Of a DNA stretch of 54,110 nt, positions 6,768 through 16,657 are shown in pieces. Every line of letters starts with the position of its first letter. The first letter of the stretch is position 1. The DNA is from an uncultured Bacilli bacterium. Lineage in GTDB: Bacteria; Bacillota_I; Bacilli_A; RF39; UBA660. The notes under the pieces are model-generated. The model worked only from the letters and a program-made list of their open reading frames with translations, made no database searches and was not told the origin of the DNA. The translations under genes and the position numbers were made by a program. The stretch lies in contig CANQTT010000003.1 of assembly GCA_947626855.1 (NCBI GenBank), positions 1 to 54,110 on the forward strand, given 5' to 3'.

Positions 6768-8720
6768 TTAAGAAGGATACTTTTGTTGAAGAGTTTTTAT
6801 GTATTGTTTTCTCATCGCTGGTAATAGTTCTGAAGCAACTTCTATAGCAATATCATTCATCCCTTTTTCAGAAGTATCTAGAAAACTTACCGAATCTACA
6901 CTTTCCTCGAAAAGTTCTTGTAAAGCCATTAAGCTTTCATTATATTCTTTCAAATTTTCGATATTTAAAAAAGTTCTCTTTTCTAAAGCTAAACTAGAAT
7001 GATAATCTCTTTTCAAAGAAAGAAGAGAATCGGCATAAGTAATCACTAAAAAGTCAATCCATTCTCTGGAAAGTTTCGCATACTTTTCTCTTGCTTGCAA
7101 ATAGACATCCTCTGCCATATCTCCGCGAAGAAATCTTCTATAATTCCAAATCTGTCTATCATTTAAAGATCTATCCATCAAAATCAAATCCGGATTTGTA
7201 GAGATTGCCCCTTGTAATTGCTTATAAACTTCTTCTGGGATAATCAAATCTCTTTCAGAACTACTTCTATCCGCTAACTTTGGTTTTAACTCTTCCCTAT
7301 AATACTTTGAAGTTGTAAACTCTTCCAATAGAGAAACGGAAAAGCCACCCTTTTTAAAGAAGTCATATAAATTATGAAGAATCGTTGTCTTCCCTGTTCT
7401 AGGAGTTCCCGTAAATTCTATCACAAAAGGTTTAGGAAGCGTAACGAATGTTTTTAATCTCTGTAATTCTATCTTTTGAGCATGGAGTTGCTTTAATTTT
7501 TGATACTGATCTGGTTGATCAACAAAAATAGTATCTTTTAAGAAAGTATCTTCCTTTTGATAAAAAACTTTATCCAAAATATCTTTTAAGTGCTCAAAAA
7601 TTGGTAAATGCTCATCTTCCCCCTCTATTAAACTTTCATAAACACTGGTATAAAACCATTTTTGGGCTTCTTCCCCTCTTTTAAAAGACTGAAAATCTCT
7701 TTTTCCTGTTTTCTCAAATTTTAAAAATAAATCTTCTAAGTTATTAATTTTATCTGCACAAATAACCAATTTATTTCGAAGAGGCAATTTTTTAGTTTCC
7801 TCTATCGTATGTTTTTTTCGTTCCTCCCAAGACAAAGATTTATCAGGCTCTGAAGCTCCCATAACTAAATTCGCAATCTCTTTTCCAAATTCCCGTTCGA
7901 TATCTTCAAGTGTATAATGGGTATCTTCCACGACATCGTGCAAATACCCAGCTGCTACAACTTGATCATCACATCCATAGGATTCTAGAAGTTGACCAAC
8001 CCCTATGGGATGAATAATCATTGGTTTTTCTAGTTCACTTTTTCTAACTTGTCCTTTGTGGGCTTCCATAGCAAACCATTTTGCCTTTTCTTTTACATCC
8101 ATGATTTCATTTACCTCCATATACTTTACAGCAAACTCATATCGATTTTCTAAAAGAGCTGCTACTTCCTTTTTCATTTTTTCAAACGACTCATCATAGC
8201 AGTACGTTTTTGCATATCCATGCGTTCCAAATTTTTTTGTAACATGATCATAAGCTCTGGTAATCATTTCTTCTAAACTAAGATTCGGATAATGTTTCTG
8301 AGTATAAGCATGAACTCTTTTGAATACAGTTACAAGATTGGTATTTCGATCGGCTGAGGAAATGATTTTTCCGTAACAACTCCTAGGTTCCTGCTTAAAA
8401 CTTGCTCGATGATCTTCAATCGCCTCTTTTATAATTTTTCGCTGTTCTTCCGTAAAAAATTGTTTCAATTCTTCCTGCTCATCAAAAAGTTTCGCTGATA
8501 AAATTTCATGATGATCTTTATCTAGATGATGAGCCAAATCGTGAAAAGAAGCGATGACATAGACCATATCAAGATTGATTTCATCGAATTGACTTGCGAA
8601 TTCTAAACTCCTTTTTATGACATAATTGATGTGATCCATGCCATGTCCAGAATCATTCTTTTGATACATTGGGAAAATCTTACTTTCCACATATTCTTGT
8701 AGTTGAGGATGAATTTGCAT
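6768..8720 (-). CDS. Tri-domain HD hydrolase + SpoT/MESH1-like HD hydrolase + P-loop nucleotide kinase fusion
   Basis: HD1: GH..DH, FHDL, EDHRAS, ADR. HD2: AHKGQVRK..P.IIHP..AAGYLHDVVEDT..ADKINN. Kinase: GTPRTGKTT and ILMDRS. Confidence 0.82.
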   Translation of the reverse strand: MQIHPQLQEYVESKIFPMYQKNDSGHGMDHINYVIKRSLEFASQFDEINLDMVYVIASFHDLAHHLDKDHHEILSAKLFDEQEELKQFFTEEQRKIIKEAIEDHRASFKQEPRSCYGKIISSADRNTNLVTVFKRVHAYTQKHYPNLSLEEMITRAYDHVTKKFGTHGYAKTYCYDESFEKMKKEVAALLENRYEFAVKYMEVNEIMDVKEKAKWFAMEAHKGQVRKSELEKPMIIHPIGVGQLLESYGCDDQVVAAGYLHDVVEDTHYTLEDIEREFGKEIANLVMGASEPDKSLSWEERKKHTIEETKKLPLRNKLVICADKINNLEDLFLKFEKTGKRDFQSFKRGEEAQKWFYTSVYESLIEGEDEHLPIFEHLKDILDKVFYQKEDTFLKDTIFVDQPDQYQKLKQLHAQKIELQRLKTFVTLPKPFVIEFTGTPRTGKTTILHNLYDFFKKGGFSVSLLEEFTTSKYYREELKPKLADRSSSERDLIIPEEVYKQLQGAISTNPDLILMDRSLNDRQIWNYRRFLRGDMAEDVYLQAREKYAKLSREWIDFLVITYADSLLSLKRDYHSSLALEKRTFLNIENLKEYNESLMALQELFEESVDSVSFLDTSEKGMNDIAIEVASELLPAMRKQYIKTLQQKYPS

Positions 8721-8760
8721 TTTCCAACTCCTTTCCTAATTCCTCTTAAAAAAGAGGTGC

Positions 8761-8794
8761 AAAAAGTCTTAAAATAGCTTGCTATAAAGACTTT
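8761..8794 (-). terminator. Attenuator terminator in the leader of the HD-HD-kinase gene
   Basis: AAAGTCTT-TATAGC-AA-GCTATT-TT-AAGACTTT followed by TT, located between the leader ORF and the gene. Confidence 0.65.
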
Positions 8795-8806
8795 ATAAAA
8801 CCAATT

Positions 8807-8857
8807 TTAACATCTCAATTGTAGAACAATGGAAGCTCTTTTTATAGCATTTATCAT
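8807..8857 (-). CDS. Leader peptide, 16 aa (MINAIKRASIVLQLRC)
   Basis: AGGAG RBS. Its 5' codons (TGCTATAAA) are complementary to the terminator 5' arm (TTTATAGCA). Confidence 0.55.
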   Translation of the reverse strand: MINAIKRASIVLQLRC

Positions 8858-9046
8858 AACAAACTCCTATTCTATTTTAAAAGATATTCATAACCTGTAA
8901 TTCCCTTTTATCATATCATAAAATCCATACAATTTTAGAAAAAAGTGATGGAATCTTAAAATTGAATTCTAGAAAAATATTTTATGAAACTTATTCTCCC
9001 ACTCATCTATCTATAAAAAAAGAACTATAATTTTTTTACAGTTCTT

Positions 9047-10144
9047 CTATTTTTTCCAGTACAAATATTTTTTTATCCACTTTTCATCCTTTGAATCTGC
9101 ATATTGATGAACTGGAAAATCTCTTGATAAATCTTCAGCAATTTCTAAGATAGTATCTCGTAATTCTACTTTATCCTTATAAAAATCAGGAATTTTTTCA
9201 TATCCTAAATAAGTTCCCATGATATTTCCTGCGATAGAACCTGTAGAATCCGAATCTCCTCCATGATTTACCGCACAAACAATTGCTTTTTCAAAGTCAT
9301 CTTCATATTTGACACAAGCATAGATGGCAATCGCTAAAGCTTCTTCAGCAACCCATCCCTCACCAAGCTCTGAAATGTTATTTTGATCCTTCCCCTTCTG
9401 ATGGGCAAGAGAAATAGCTTTTTCGATAATATCTATCATTTGCTTTTTTATTTCCGCATTATAATAAGAAAAATTTTGCTGGAAATCTTTTAAAGCCAAT
9501 TTCACACATTCCTCTATTTCTAGATTCGTATAAGCTAAAAGATGAATGAGTATAGTTAATAAATAACAAGGCATAATACCTAATGGATGTCCATGAGTAA
9601 TCGCCCCGGCTTCCGCACCATAAAGACCAATTTGGGAAAGAGAGGCAGATGGAAAAAATAAACCAATAGGAGCTACTCTCATGACAGAACCACATCCCTT
9701 ACTTTGATTAATAGGATTTTCAATGGTTCCTTTTTGTCCACTAAGAAGAGCAGATAAACAAGTCATTCCTGGTGCTCTTTGCTGATGCAATTCAGGTACT
9801 TCTAATAACCAACAGATATTTCTATTTCCTTGATAAGTAGAACTTTGCGTTTTTAACCAATCTTGATAAGCCATATAAATGGCATCTGATACCGTTTCTT
9901 CCTTAGAACTACTTGTTTGCCAACACAACAATCCATTTGCCGTAAATAACGTCATCTGAGTGTCATCAGAAACAACATTATTGGATAATAATCTCGTTGT
10001 GGGCTTTAAAATCACTCTTTCAAATTCAATTGGATAACCCAAGGCATCCCCAATGGCTCCGCCAATAAGACATCCTCTAAATTTATCAACATTTTTAACA
10101 TTCAGAGCAAAATCTTTCTTTTTTTCTTCCAAAAATTGTTCCAT
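9047..10144 (-). CDS. ADP-ribosylglycohydrolase (ARH/DraG family)
   Basis: GGAIGDALG, SDDTQMT, GCGSVMR..P, THGH, GGDSDSTGSIAG. Confidence 0.93.
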   Translation of the reverse strand: MEQFLEEKKKDFALNVKNVDKFRGCLIGGAIGDALGYPIEFERVILKPTTRLLSNNVVSDDTQMTLFTANGLLCWQTSSSKEETVSDAIYMAYQDWLKTQSSTYQGNRNICWLLEVPELHQQRAPGMTCLSALLSGQKGTIENPINQSKGCGSVMRVAPIGLFFPSASLSQIGLYGAEAGAITHGHPLGIMPCYLLTILIHLLAYTNLEIEECVKLALKDFQQNFSYYNAEIKKQMIDIIEKAISLAHQKGKDQNNISELGEGWVAEEALAIAIYACVKYEDDFEKAIVCAVNHGGDSDSTGSIAGNIMGTYLGYEKIPDFYKDKVELRDTILEIAEDLSRDFPVHQYADSKDEKWIKKYLYWKK

Positions 10145-10378
10145 AGTTTCACTTCCTATATTGGTATTATACCATACTTTTGAAAAATCCTAGGAAAACA
10201 ATTTCTTCCTTTTTTAGCATGCTACAAAGAGCAAAAAATATGTATAAAGAATCTTTCTAGATAGATTGTATATTCCAAACGAATTTTCACAAATTAATAA
10301 AGAGGAAGGTATTTTTTTGTCTAAGTTTCTTGCGATTTAGAAAGAAAAAAAGTATAATAGAAGGAGAATAAATAGGAA

Positions 10379-11800
10379 GTGTGCTGTATGAAGTCTTGTA
10401 AGAAGTTTTTGAAAAAATACAAATTACCTTTGATAATTAGCCTTGTATTCATTTTAGGAATTACTTCCTTTTTCGTGTCGCAGAAACTCTTATCCCCTAG
10501 CATCACTTTATTAGGGAAAAAAGAAGTAACCGTGAATCTTCATGGGCATTATGAAGAAGAAGGTGTCAAAGCCAATTGTCTGGGAAAAGATGTCGGTGAT
10601 GAGGTAAAGATAGAAGGAAAAGTAGATACAGAAAAAGAAGGAACCTATACTATCACCTATCGAATAAAGGAAAATGGAATTGAAAAGAAAGTAGAAAGAA
10701 AAGTTATTGTAAAAGATATAGAACCACCAACGATTACTCTGGAAGGAGATAAAGAAGTAACCATCTGTGACTTGGCATCTTATCAAGAATTAGGATACCA
10801 TGCTATGGACAATGCCGATGGAGATATCACTGACAAAGTGAAAATTACCAAAGACGAAGAAAAGATTGTCTATGAAGTATCTGACAATAACGGAAATAAA
10901 GCCACTGAAACAAGATATTTCAAAATTGAAGATAATGAAGCTCCTGTTATTACTTTAAATGGTGGAGAAATTCTTTCCATTGTAATTGGAAATTCTTATA
11001 AAGAATTGGGATATAAAGCATCTGATAATTGTATGGGGGATGTTACTAATAAAGTGAAAGTTTCTGGATCAGTTGATACTGGAAAATTAGGAACTTATGA
11101 AATTACCTATACAGTAGAAGATTTAAATGGTCATAAGACTACCACTAAACGTGTTGTAAATGTCATTTCTAGAGAAAAAGCTGGTGTTATTTATCTCACA
11201 TTTGATGATGGTCCAAAAGAAGGAACAACCAATGTTATTTTGGATATTCTAAAAGAAGAAGGCGTTAAGGCAACCTTTTTCGTAACGAATAGTGGGCCTG
11301 ATTATTTAATCAAAAGAGAAGCTGATGAAGGACATACCGTTGCTCTTCACACTGCCTCTCATGAATATGATAAAGTTTATGTCTCTGTTGAATCCTACTT
11401 TAATGATTTAGCATCTGTTCAAGCAAGAGTAAAACGATTAACCGGAAAAGAAGCCAACATCATTCGCTTCCCTGGTGGAAGTAGTAACACAATTAGTAGA
11501 AATTATTGTCAAGGAATTATGTCTCAGTTAACAAAAGAAGTCCTATTACGCGGTTACCATTATTTTGATTGGAACGTTAGTGCAGAAGATGCTGGAGGAG
11601 CAAAAACTTCTAGTTCTGTTTATAAGAATGTTACTTCTAGTCTATCAAAGAGTAGAGCCAATGTTGTTCTCTTGCATGATATCAAAGCACAAACTAGAGA
11701 TGCTCTAAGAGACATTATTCAATATGGTAAAATGCATGGATATACATTTGAAGCAATTACTTATGATACACCAATGGTAACACATAAAGTAAATAATTAA
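10379..11800 (+). CDS. Membrane-anchored polysaccharide deacetylase with three DUF5011 Ig-like domains
   Basis: N-terminal TM helix, P.ITL.G...GY.A.D..GD.T repeats, NodB motifs TFDDGP, HTASH, RFPGG, LLHD. Confidence 0.9.
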   Translation: MCCMKSCKKFLKKYKLPLIISLVFILGITSFFVSQKLLSPSITLLGKKEVTVNLHGHYEEEGVKANCLGKDVGDEVKIEGKVDTEKEGTYTITYRIKENGIEKKVERKVIVKDIEPPTITLEGDKEVTICDLASYQELGYHAMDNADGDITDKVKITKDEEKIVYEVSDNNGNKATETRYFKIEDNEAPVITLNGGEILSIVIGNSYKELGYKASDNCMGDVTNKVKVSGSVDTGKLGTYEITYTVEDLNGHKTTTKRVVNVISREKAGVIYLTFDDGPKEGTTNVILDILKEEGVKATFFVTNSGPDYLIKREADEGHTVALHTASHEYDKVYVSVESYFNDLASVQARVKRLTGKEANIIRFPGGSSNTISRNYCQGIMSQLTKEVLLRGYHYFDWNVSAEDAGGAKTSSSVYKNVTSSLSKSRANVVLLHDIKAQTRDALRDIIQYGKMHGYTFEAITYDTPMVTHKVNN

Positions 11801-12529
11801 AATTATCAAAGGGATGATCATGACATCATCCTTTTCATTGATTATCCTAAAAAATTTTTCCCATATAATAAAATCGAATATTTCCTATCAAAATGAAAGA
11901 AGGTATCATTATGGAAGAAAAGAAAAAAGAACACCATTCAAACAAAACCAGTCGTTCAAAAAAAGAAAGCATTATTTATCTCACATTTGATGATGGTCCA
12001 AAAGAAGGAACAACCAATGTTATTTTGGATATTCTAAAAGAAGAAGGCGTTAAGGCAACCTTTTTCGTAACGAATAGTGGGCCTGATTATTTAATCAAAA
12101 GAGAAGCTGATGAAGGACATACCGTTGCTCTTCACACTGCCTCTCATGAATATGATAAAGTTTATGTCTCTGTTGAATCCTACTTTAATGATTTAGCATC
12201 TGTTCAAGCAAGAGTAAAACGATTAACCGGAAAAGAAGCCAACATCATTCGCTTCCCTGGTGGAAGTAGTAACACAATTAGTAGAAATTATTGTCAAGGA
12301 ATTATGTCTCAGTTAACAAAAGAAGTCCTATTACGCGGTTACCATTATTTTGATTGGAACGTTAGTGCAGAAGATGCTGGAGGAGCAAAAACTTCTAGTT
12401 CTGTTTATAAGAATGTTACTTCTAGTCTATCAAAGAGTAGAGCCAATGTTGTTCTCTTGCATGATATCAAAGCACAAACTAGAGATGCTCTAAGAGACAT
12501 TATTCAATATGGTAAAATGCATGGATATA
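11187..12529 (+). repeat. Direct repeat of 558 bp (11187-11744 = 11972-12529)
   Basis: The deacetylase domain DNA appears identical in both copies, with an offset of 785 bp. Confidence 0.9.
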
Positions 12530-12651
12530 TCTTTAAAGAAATTACCTATGATACACCAATGATAATTCATAAAAGAAATAGTCCTATGAAGAAACATGTT
12601 TTACAATTGATTTCTAAACTATCTGAAGAAACAGAAAAACAAAAAAAATAA
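11893..12651 (+). CDS. Polysaccharide deacetylase, catalytic domain only (duplicate)
   Basis: Same NodB domain as the upstream gene, without TM or Ig domains. Confidence 0.85.
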   Translation: MKEGIIMEEKKKEHHSNKTSRSKKESIIYLTFDDGPKEGTTNVILDILKEEGVKATFFVTNSGPDYLIKREADEGHTVALHTASHEYDKVYVSVESYFNDLASVQARVKRLTGKEANIIRFPGGSSNTISRNYCQGIMSQLTKEVLLRGYHYFDWNVSAEDAGGAKTSSSVYKNVTSSLSKSRANVVLLHDIKAQTRDALRDIIQYGKMHGYIFKEITYDTPMIIHKRNSPMKKHVLQLISKLSEETEKQKK

Positions 12652-12663
12652 AAAGGAATTTTT

Positions 12664-13356
12664 TTAAAATTCCCTGTTGACTTTAATAACACTATTATTG
12701 ATATAACTAGCATCATCAGACGCTAAAAAATAGACAAGATGAGCTATTTCTTCTGCTTTAGCAAAACGATTTTCAGAATGGTTTTGCTTTTCTTTTACCA
12801 TAGTTTCTTTTCTTTCCTCACCAGATAATACTGCATTTACCCGTATATAAGGAGCAAATTGAAGAGCTAAATTATGGGTTAAAGAAAGGATACCAGCTTT
12901 CGAAGTATCATACTCCAAAGAATTCTTTAAATCATTTTCTATCAAATTAATAATAGCCCCTTGTTTTTGATGAACCATTATCTCCCCTACATATTTGCTT
13001 ATCAGAAAATTCCCTACTACATAAATTCCTAATGTCTCTTCTAAATCTTCCATAGTCTCCTCAAAAAAAGATTTCTCTTGCTTTATTTCAGCACAATTCA
13101 CAAGGACATCTAATCTACCAAACGTAGATAAGACTTCTTCTATCAGTTTTGGAATTTCTTCTTCCTTACGAAAATCCCCTTTCCAAATCAAACATTTTCC
13201 GGCATAAGTTTCTTCTACTTCTTTTTGTAGAGAAATGGTTTTTTCTTCCTCTTCACAGGAATGAATAACTACATCATAACCATGCTTCGCAAATTCTAAA
13301 ACGATAGAATCTCCGCTTCTACTTTGACAGGATGTTACCAATACCACTTTTCGCAT
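12664..13356 (-). CDS. SDR family oxidoreductase (degenerate)
   Basis: GRLDVLVN, YDTSK, IRVNAV, FLASDDASYI. The glycine-rich loop is atypical (TSCQSRSG). Confidence 0.8.
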   Translation of the reverse strand: MRKVVLVTSCQSRSGDSIVLEFAKHGYDVVIHSCEEEEKTISLQKEVEETYAGKCLIWKGDFRKEEEIPKLIEEVLSTFGRLDVLVNCAEIKQEKSFFEETMEDLEETLGIYVVGNFLISKYVGEIMVHQKQGAIINLIENDLKNSLEYDTSKAGILSLTHNLALQFAPYIRVNAVLSGEERKETMVKEKQNHSENRFAKAEEIAHLVYFLASDDASYINNSVIKVNREF

Positions 13357-13364
13357 AATACCTC

Positions 13365-15044
13365 CTAATAATTCGTTGTTCTCGTGCGATGATAGGGTTT
13401 TCTATCTGAAATGCTTTGACTTTTCAACCATAAAAAATCATTGATAGCCATTCCACAGACACCCATTCTCTCTTGCAATAGATGAAGAACCACAATCGTT
13501 GATGCTCGAATCTCTACTTCTTCTTTGGAATTTTCTGGAATCTCTTCTTTAGAATCAATTTTTAATGCTAAAGAAGGTGTATAGACAAGCATTCCTAATC
13601 CTCTCATAATTTGAGGAATCTTATAATCTGCACAACCAATCAGATGAGAAATCTCAAAAACTTTCTTTTCTTTCACTCTTCTCAGTTGTAAAATATCTGA
13701 AGTTAATAAAGTAGCTAATTTATAAAAATAAACAGGTTGTCCCAAATACGTCCGCTCATCTAGAAAAGAAGGAAAAGTTTCGATAATGAGTTGAAATAAT
13801 TTTCGATCATCCGTAATATTTTGAATAAACGAATAAAAATCACCATTCATTTTTTGATTCACAATATGAGCAACTTCTTGAACAATATGATATCGTTCCT
13901 GTAAAAGAGGAATCTCAGGATTTCCTGATAAAAGGTTGGAAAAAGTTGGAAAACTCATTTTTTCCAATTGAGAAAAATCTGTCAAACAATCTATATTTTG
14001 TGAAAAAATGTATAACAAGGCTTGACTACCATCTAAAACAGTTCCATCGTTCGTCTCTATTTTCCACTTTGGCTCTCCCCAAAAAGAAAAATCAATACTT
14101 TGATAAACCAAAAGAAAATGGATGAGTGTTTTAATATCATGGTCTAAAATGCCAAAAGGATTTTCTTCTAACCAATGTTTCCCAAAAGGAATCTTTTCTT
14201 TCGCAAATTCTTCTATTTTAGGAATACAAATCGATACTTCTGTACTTTTTTTCATAACTTTCTCAGAAGTAAAAACAATTTTATCTAACATGGTATACTC
14301 CTTTAATTCTAGAAACCCATTTCTACTCCAAAGCCATAAAGGAGTATGAACATCGATTGGTCGATATTTCGTCTTAGAAAGAACTTCTTTCCACCTATCA
14401 ATAACAATTTCTTGGACATGACTAGATTCTAGTTCCTCTTTCGTAATCAATCCCAATTGATGGGTTCCTTTACAGACGTGCGTATCAGGAGCTACTGTTA
14501 ATTCTTCTAGATTTTGATATCCTCTATCTGTATATTGATAAATTACATACAACCAATAATTACATATTTTGGTACCAGCTAAATACGGAAATTTTTGCCG
14601 ATACTCTTTTTGAATAAAGGTACGAATATGAGAGACATCATTTTCAAATTTATCAAATAATTTACGGATATCTCCATCAAAAAATTCTACAAACGTCTGG
14701 CATAAAGTAACCCATATCTCTGTTTGTTTTTGCTTTTGAAGAGCCACCTGATATTTTGTAAGAGCTTTTTGGACTTCTCCAAAATCTTTTTTTAAGCACT
14801 CTGAAGGAGAAAAAACAAAACGAGTAGTTTCATCCTGATAAGTCTTCAAAGCATTTTCCCATAACGTATAAGAATTTCTTTGATAATTTAAAGCCATTGG
14901 CAAAGTAAAATAAAGATAATTCTCCAAACTATCCTTAGGTAAATGAGGATTGCTATCTTCTGGCATAACTTCGCCACCCAATAATCCCTCATGATATAAC
15001 TTTAAAAGGATATTGATTTTTTCTTCTATTGTTTTTTGATCCAT
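13365..15044 (-). CDS. Fusion of an HhH-GPD glycosylase-like domain and a queuosine salvage (Qng1/DUF2419) domain
   Basis: N-half: G.KI..YWL, PDTHV, D..TPLWLW. C-half: IDFSFW, FYKLA.LL..D, ADYKIPQ, EVEIRA, HRTRTTNY. Start moved to MDQK behind an AGGGG RBS. Confidence 0.8.
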   Translation of the reverse strand: MDQKTIEEKINILLKLYHEGLLGGEVMPEDSNPHLPKDSLENYLYFTLPMALNYQRNSYTLWENALKTYQDETTRFVFSPSECLKKDFGEVQKALTKYQVALQKQKQTEIWVTLCQTFVEFFDGDIRKLFDKFENDVSHIRTFIQKEYRQKFPYLAGTKICNYWLYVIYQYTDRGYQNLEELTVAPDTHVCKGTHQLGLITKEELESSHVQEIVIDRWKEVLSKTKYRPIDVHTPLWLWSRNGFLELKEYTMLDKIVFTSEKVMKKSTEVSICIPKIEEFAKEKIPFGKHWLEENPFGILDHDIKTLIHFLLVYQSIDFSFWGEPKWKIETNDGTVLDGSQALLYIFSQNIDCLTDFSQLEKMSFPTFSNLLSGNPEIPLLQERYHIVQEVAHIVNQKMNGDFYSFIQNITDDRKLFQLIIETFPSFLDERTYLGQPVYFYKLATLLTSDILQLRRVKEKKVFEISHLIGCADYKIPQIMRGLGMLVYTPSLALKIDSKEEIPENSKEEVEIRASTIVVLHLLQERMGVCGMAINDFLWLKSQSISDRKPYHRTRTTNY

Positions 15045-15217
15045 AGCGATACCCCTACTCATTATACTATATTTTCGAAAAGAAAAAAAATTTATAGAGT
15101 ATTCCTCACTCTGCTTTGAAAGGAAAAATGATATCTCACTTTATAACAAAAAGACAAATAGGGAAAAATATTTACCTATTTGTCAATAAGCTAAAGAACT
15201 CTAAATTTAGAGTTTTT

Positions 15218-16597
15218 TTAAGCATGAGCAACCAATCGATATAAAAGATTATAAAGAACATCTGATAAAAGTTTACTATCTTTGATTTCTAGTAGATTTT
15301 CATATAGATTTTTAATATCTCCTGTACTCCAAGTTTCTAAAGGATGAGATAGAAGTTCCATTTGTTTTAAGATAAGAGAAAAGATATGAGCTTCTTTTTG
15401 AATTTCTTCTCTTGTCAAAGATTCTATATTAAAGGTTGAAATGTATTCAACATCTGTTTGTAATTGGAAAGACTCTAAAAGTTTATTAATTCCAAAATTC
15501 ATAAAAGAAGGAATTAATTTTTGGAAATCACGGTTATCAAATAAAGCTAGGAAAAGTTCAGAACTGAATTCTTCCTCTTCCAAAGCAGCTAATAATTGCT
15601 TACTATCTTCTATCTGAAAAACCCCTTGTTCTTGAAATAACTGATAAACATCTAACATCGTATCTAAATCTGCAACAAAATCTTCTCTTTCCCATGTACT
15701 AATAACACTAAAAATATCTTTTAAAAGAAGATCTGTCTGATGGTCTTTAACTTCTACTTTAATACCAGCAAATTCTTCCCCATCTTTAAATTTTAAAGAA
15801 GCATTCGCACATAACTCTCCTATAAAACCAGATACGAGATAAGTTGATTTTAATTCGTTACGAATAATATCAATATTTTCTTTCGTATCTTTTTCATCTA
15901 CCATTTCCAAGAAAGAAAAACTAATCGTAAAAATGCCTTCTAATTCTTCTGTATTGCGAATTGGATACTTACTATTTTTAGGTTTGGTAAGGGTATTCAT
16001 AAATCCTCTACTTCCTAGATAGGAATATCCTCGCAAAATAGGCTGATTCGCAATCCATTGAATTTCTTTAGGAGCATCATAATGAACCTTAGAAATCGCA
16101 TCATGGAAGATTCCTGATATACTTCCAAAAGGAAATAAAAGAGCATAAGAGGTGATAGCAAAAGAACAAATTCCAGCTACCATAGAAAGAGCAATATTTT
16201 TATGCTCGGCATGAAACTCTTTATAAGTAATTTTTTGTTTAACATGAAATAGAAGCTTTTTCAAAAAATGATTTAAAAGCAAAAAGAATAGATAAAACAA
16301 GAAAAAGCAAAGAACACTTACCATCATCGTAAAAACAACAGAAAAGATTTCTTGAATAGCTTCCTGTTTTGGCCAATCTTTTAAAGCATCTAAAAGCATA
16401 TTCGTATAGAAGTTTTCTAAGGAACCCGCTAAAAAATGAACACTTAACCTAGTAACCAAAAAAGCTTCTAAGAAACTTAAAACATTAGCTCCTAAACTAT
16501 AGAGATTTTTTAGCGTATCCCTTCTATAAACATACCAAAGAAACCACCCTAATATAAATAGATAAATGACTATTAAAGCGAAAGAAATAATTTGCAT
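15218..16597 (-). CDS. Hypothetical membrane protein (CvpA-like N-terminal TM bundle)
   Basis: About four TM helices followed by an acidic helical region. GGAGG RBS. Confidence 0.65.
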   Translation of the reverse strand: MQIISFALIVIYLFILGWFLWYVYRRDTLKNLYSLGANVLSFLEAFLVTRLSVHFLAGSLENFYTNMLLDALKDWPKQEAIQEIFSVVFTMMVSVLCFFLFYLFFLLLNHFLKKLLFHVKQKITYKEFHAEHKNIALSMVAGICSFAITSYALLFPFGSISGIFHDAISKVHYDAPKEIQWIANQPILRGYSYLGSRGFMNTLTKPKNSKYPIRNTEELEGIFTISFSFLEMVDEKDTKENIDIIRNELKSTYLVSGFIGELCANASLKFKDGEEFAGIKVEVKDHQTDLLLKDIFSVISTWEREDFVADLDTMLDVYQLFQEQGVFQIEDSKQLLAALEEEEFSSELFLALFDNRDFQKLIPSFMNFGINKLLESFQLQTDVEYISTFNIESLTREEIQKEAHIFSLILKQMELLSHPLETWSTGDIKNLYENLLEIKDSKLLSDVLYNLLYRLVAHA

Positions 16598-16657
16598 TTA
16601 CATCCTCCATTCTCATATTCATTATACCACGTAACGAACATTTTTTCTAAGCCTTAT

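Noticed and set aside
11810..11836. GGATGAT..ATCATCC hairpin similar to 42899-42921 as a REP/MITE family
   Set aside because: Only two short copies, both directly after stop codons, so ordinary terminators explain them.
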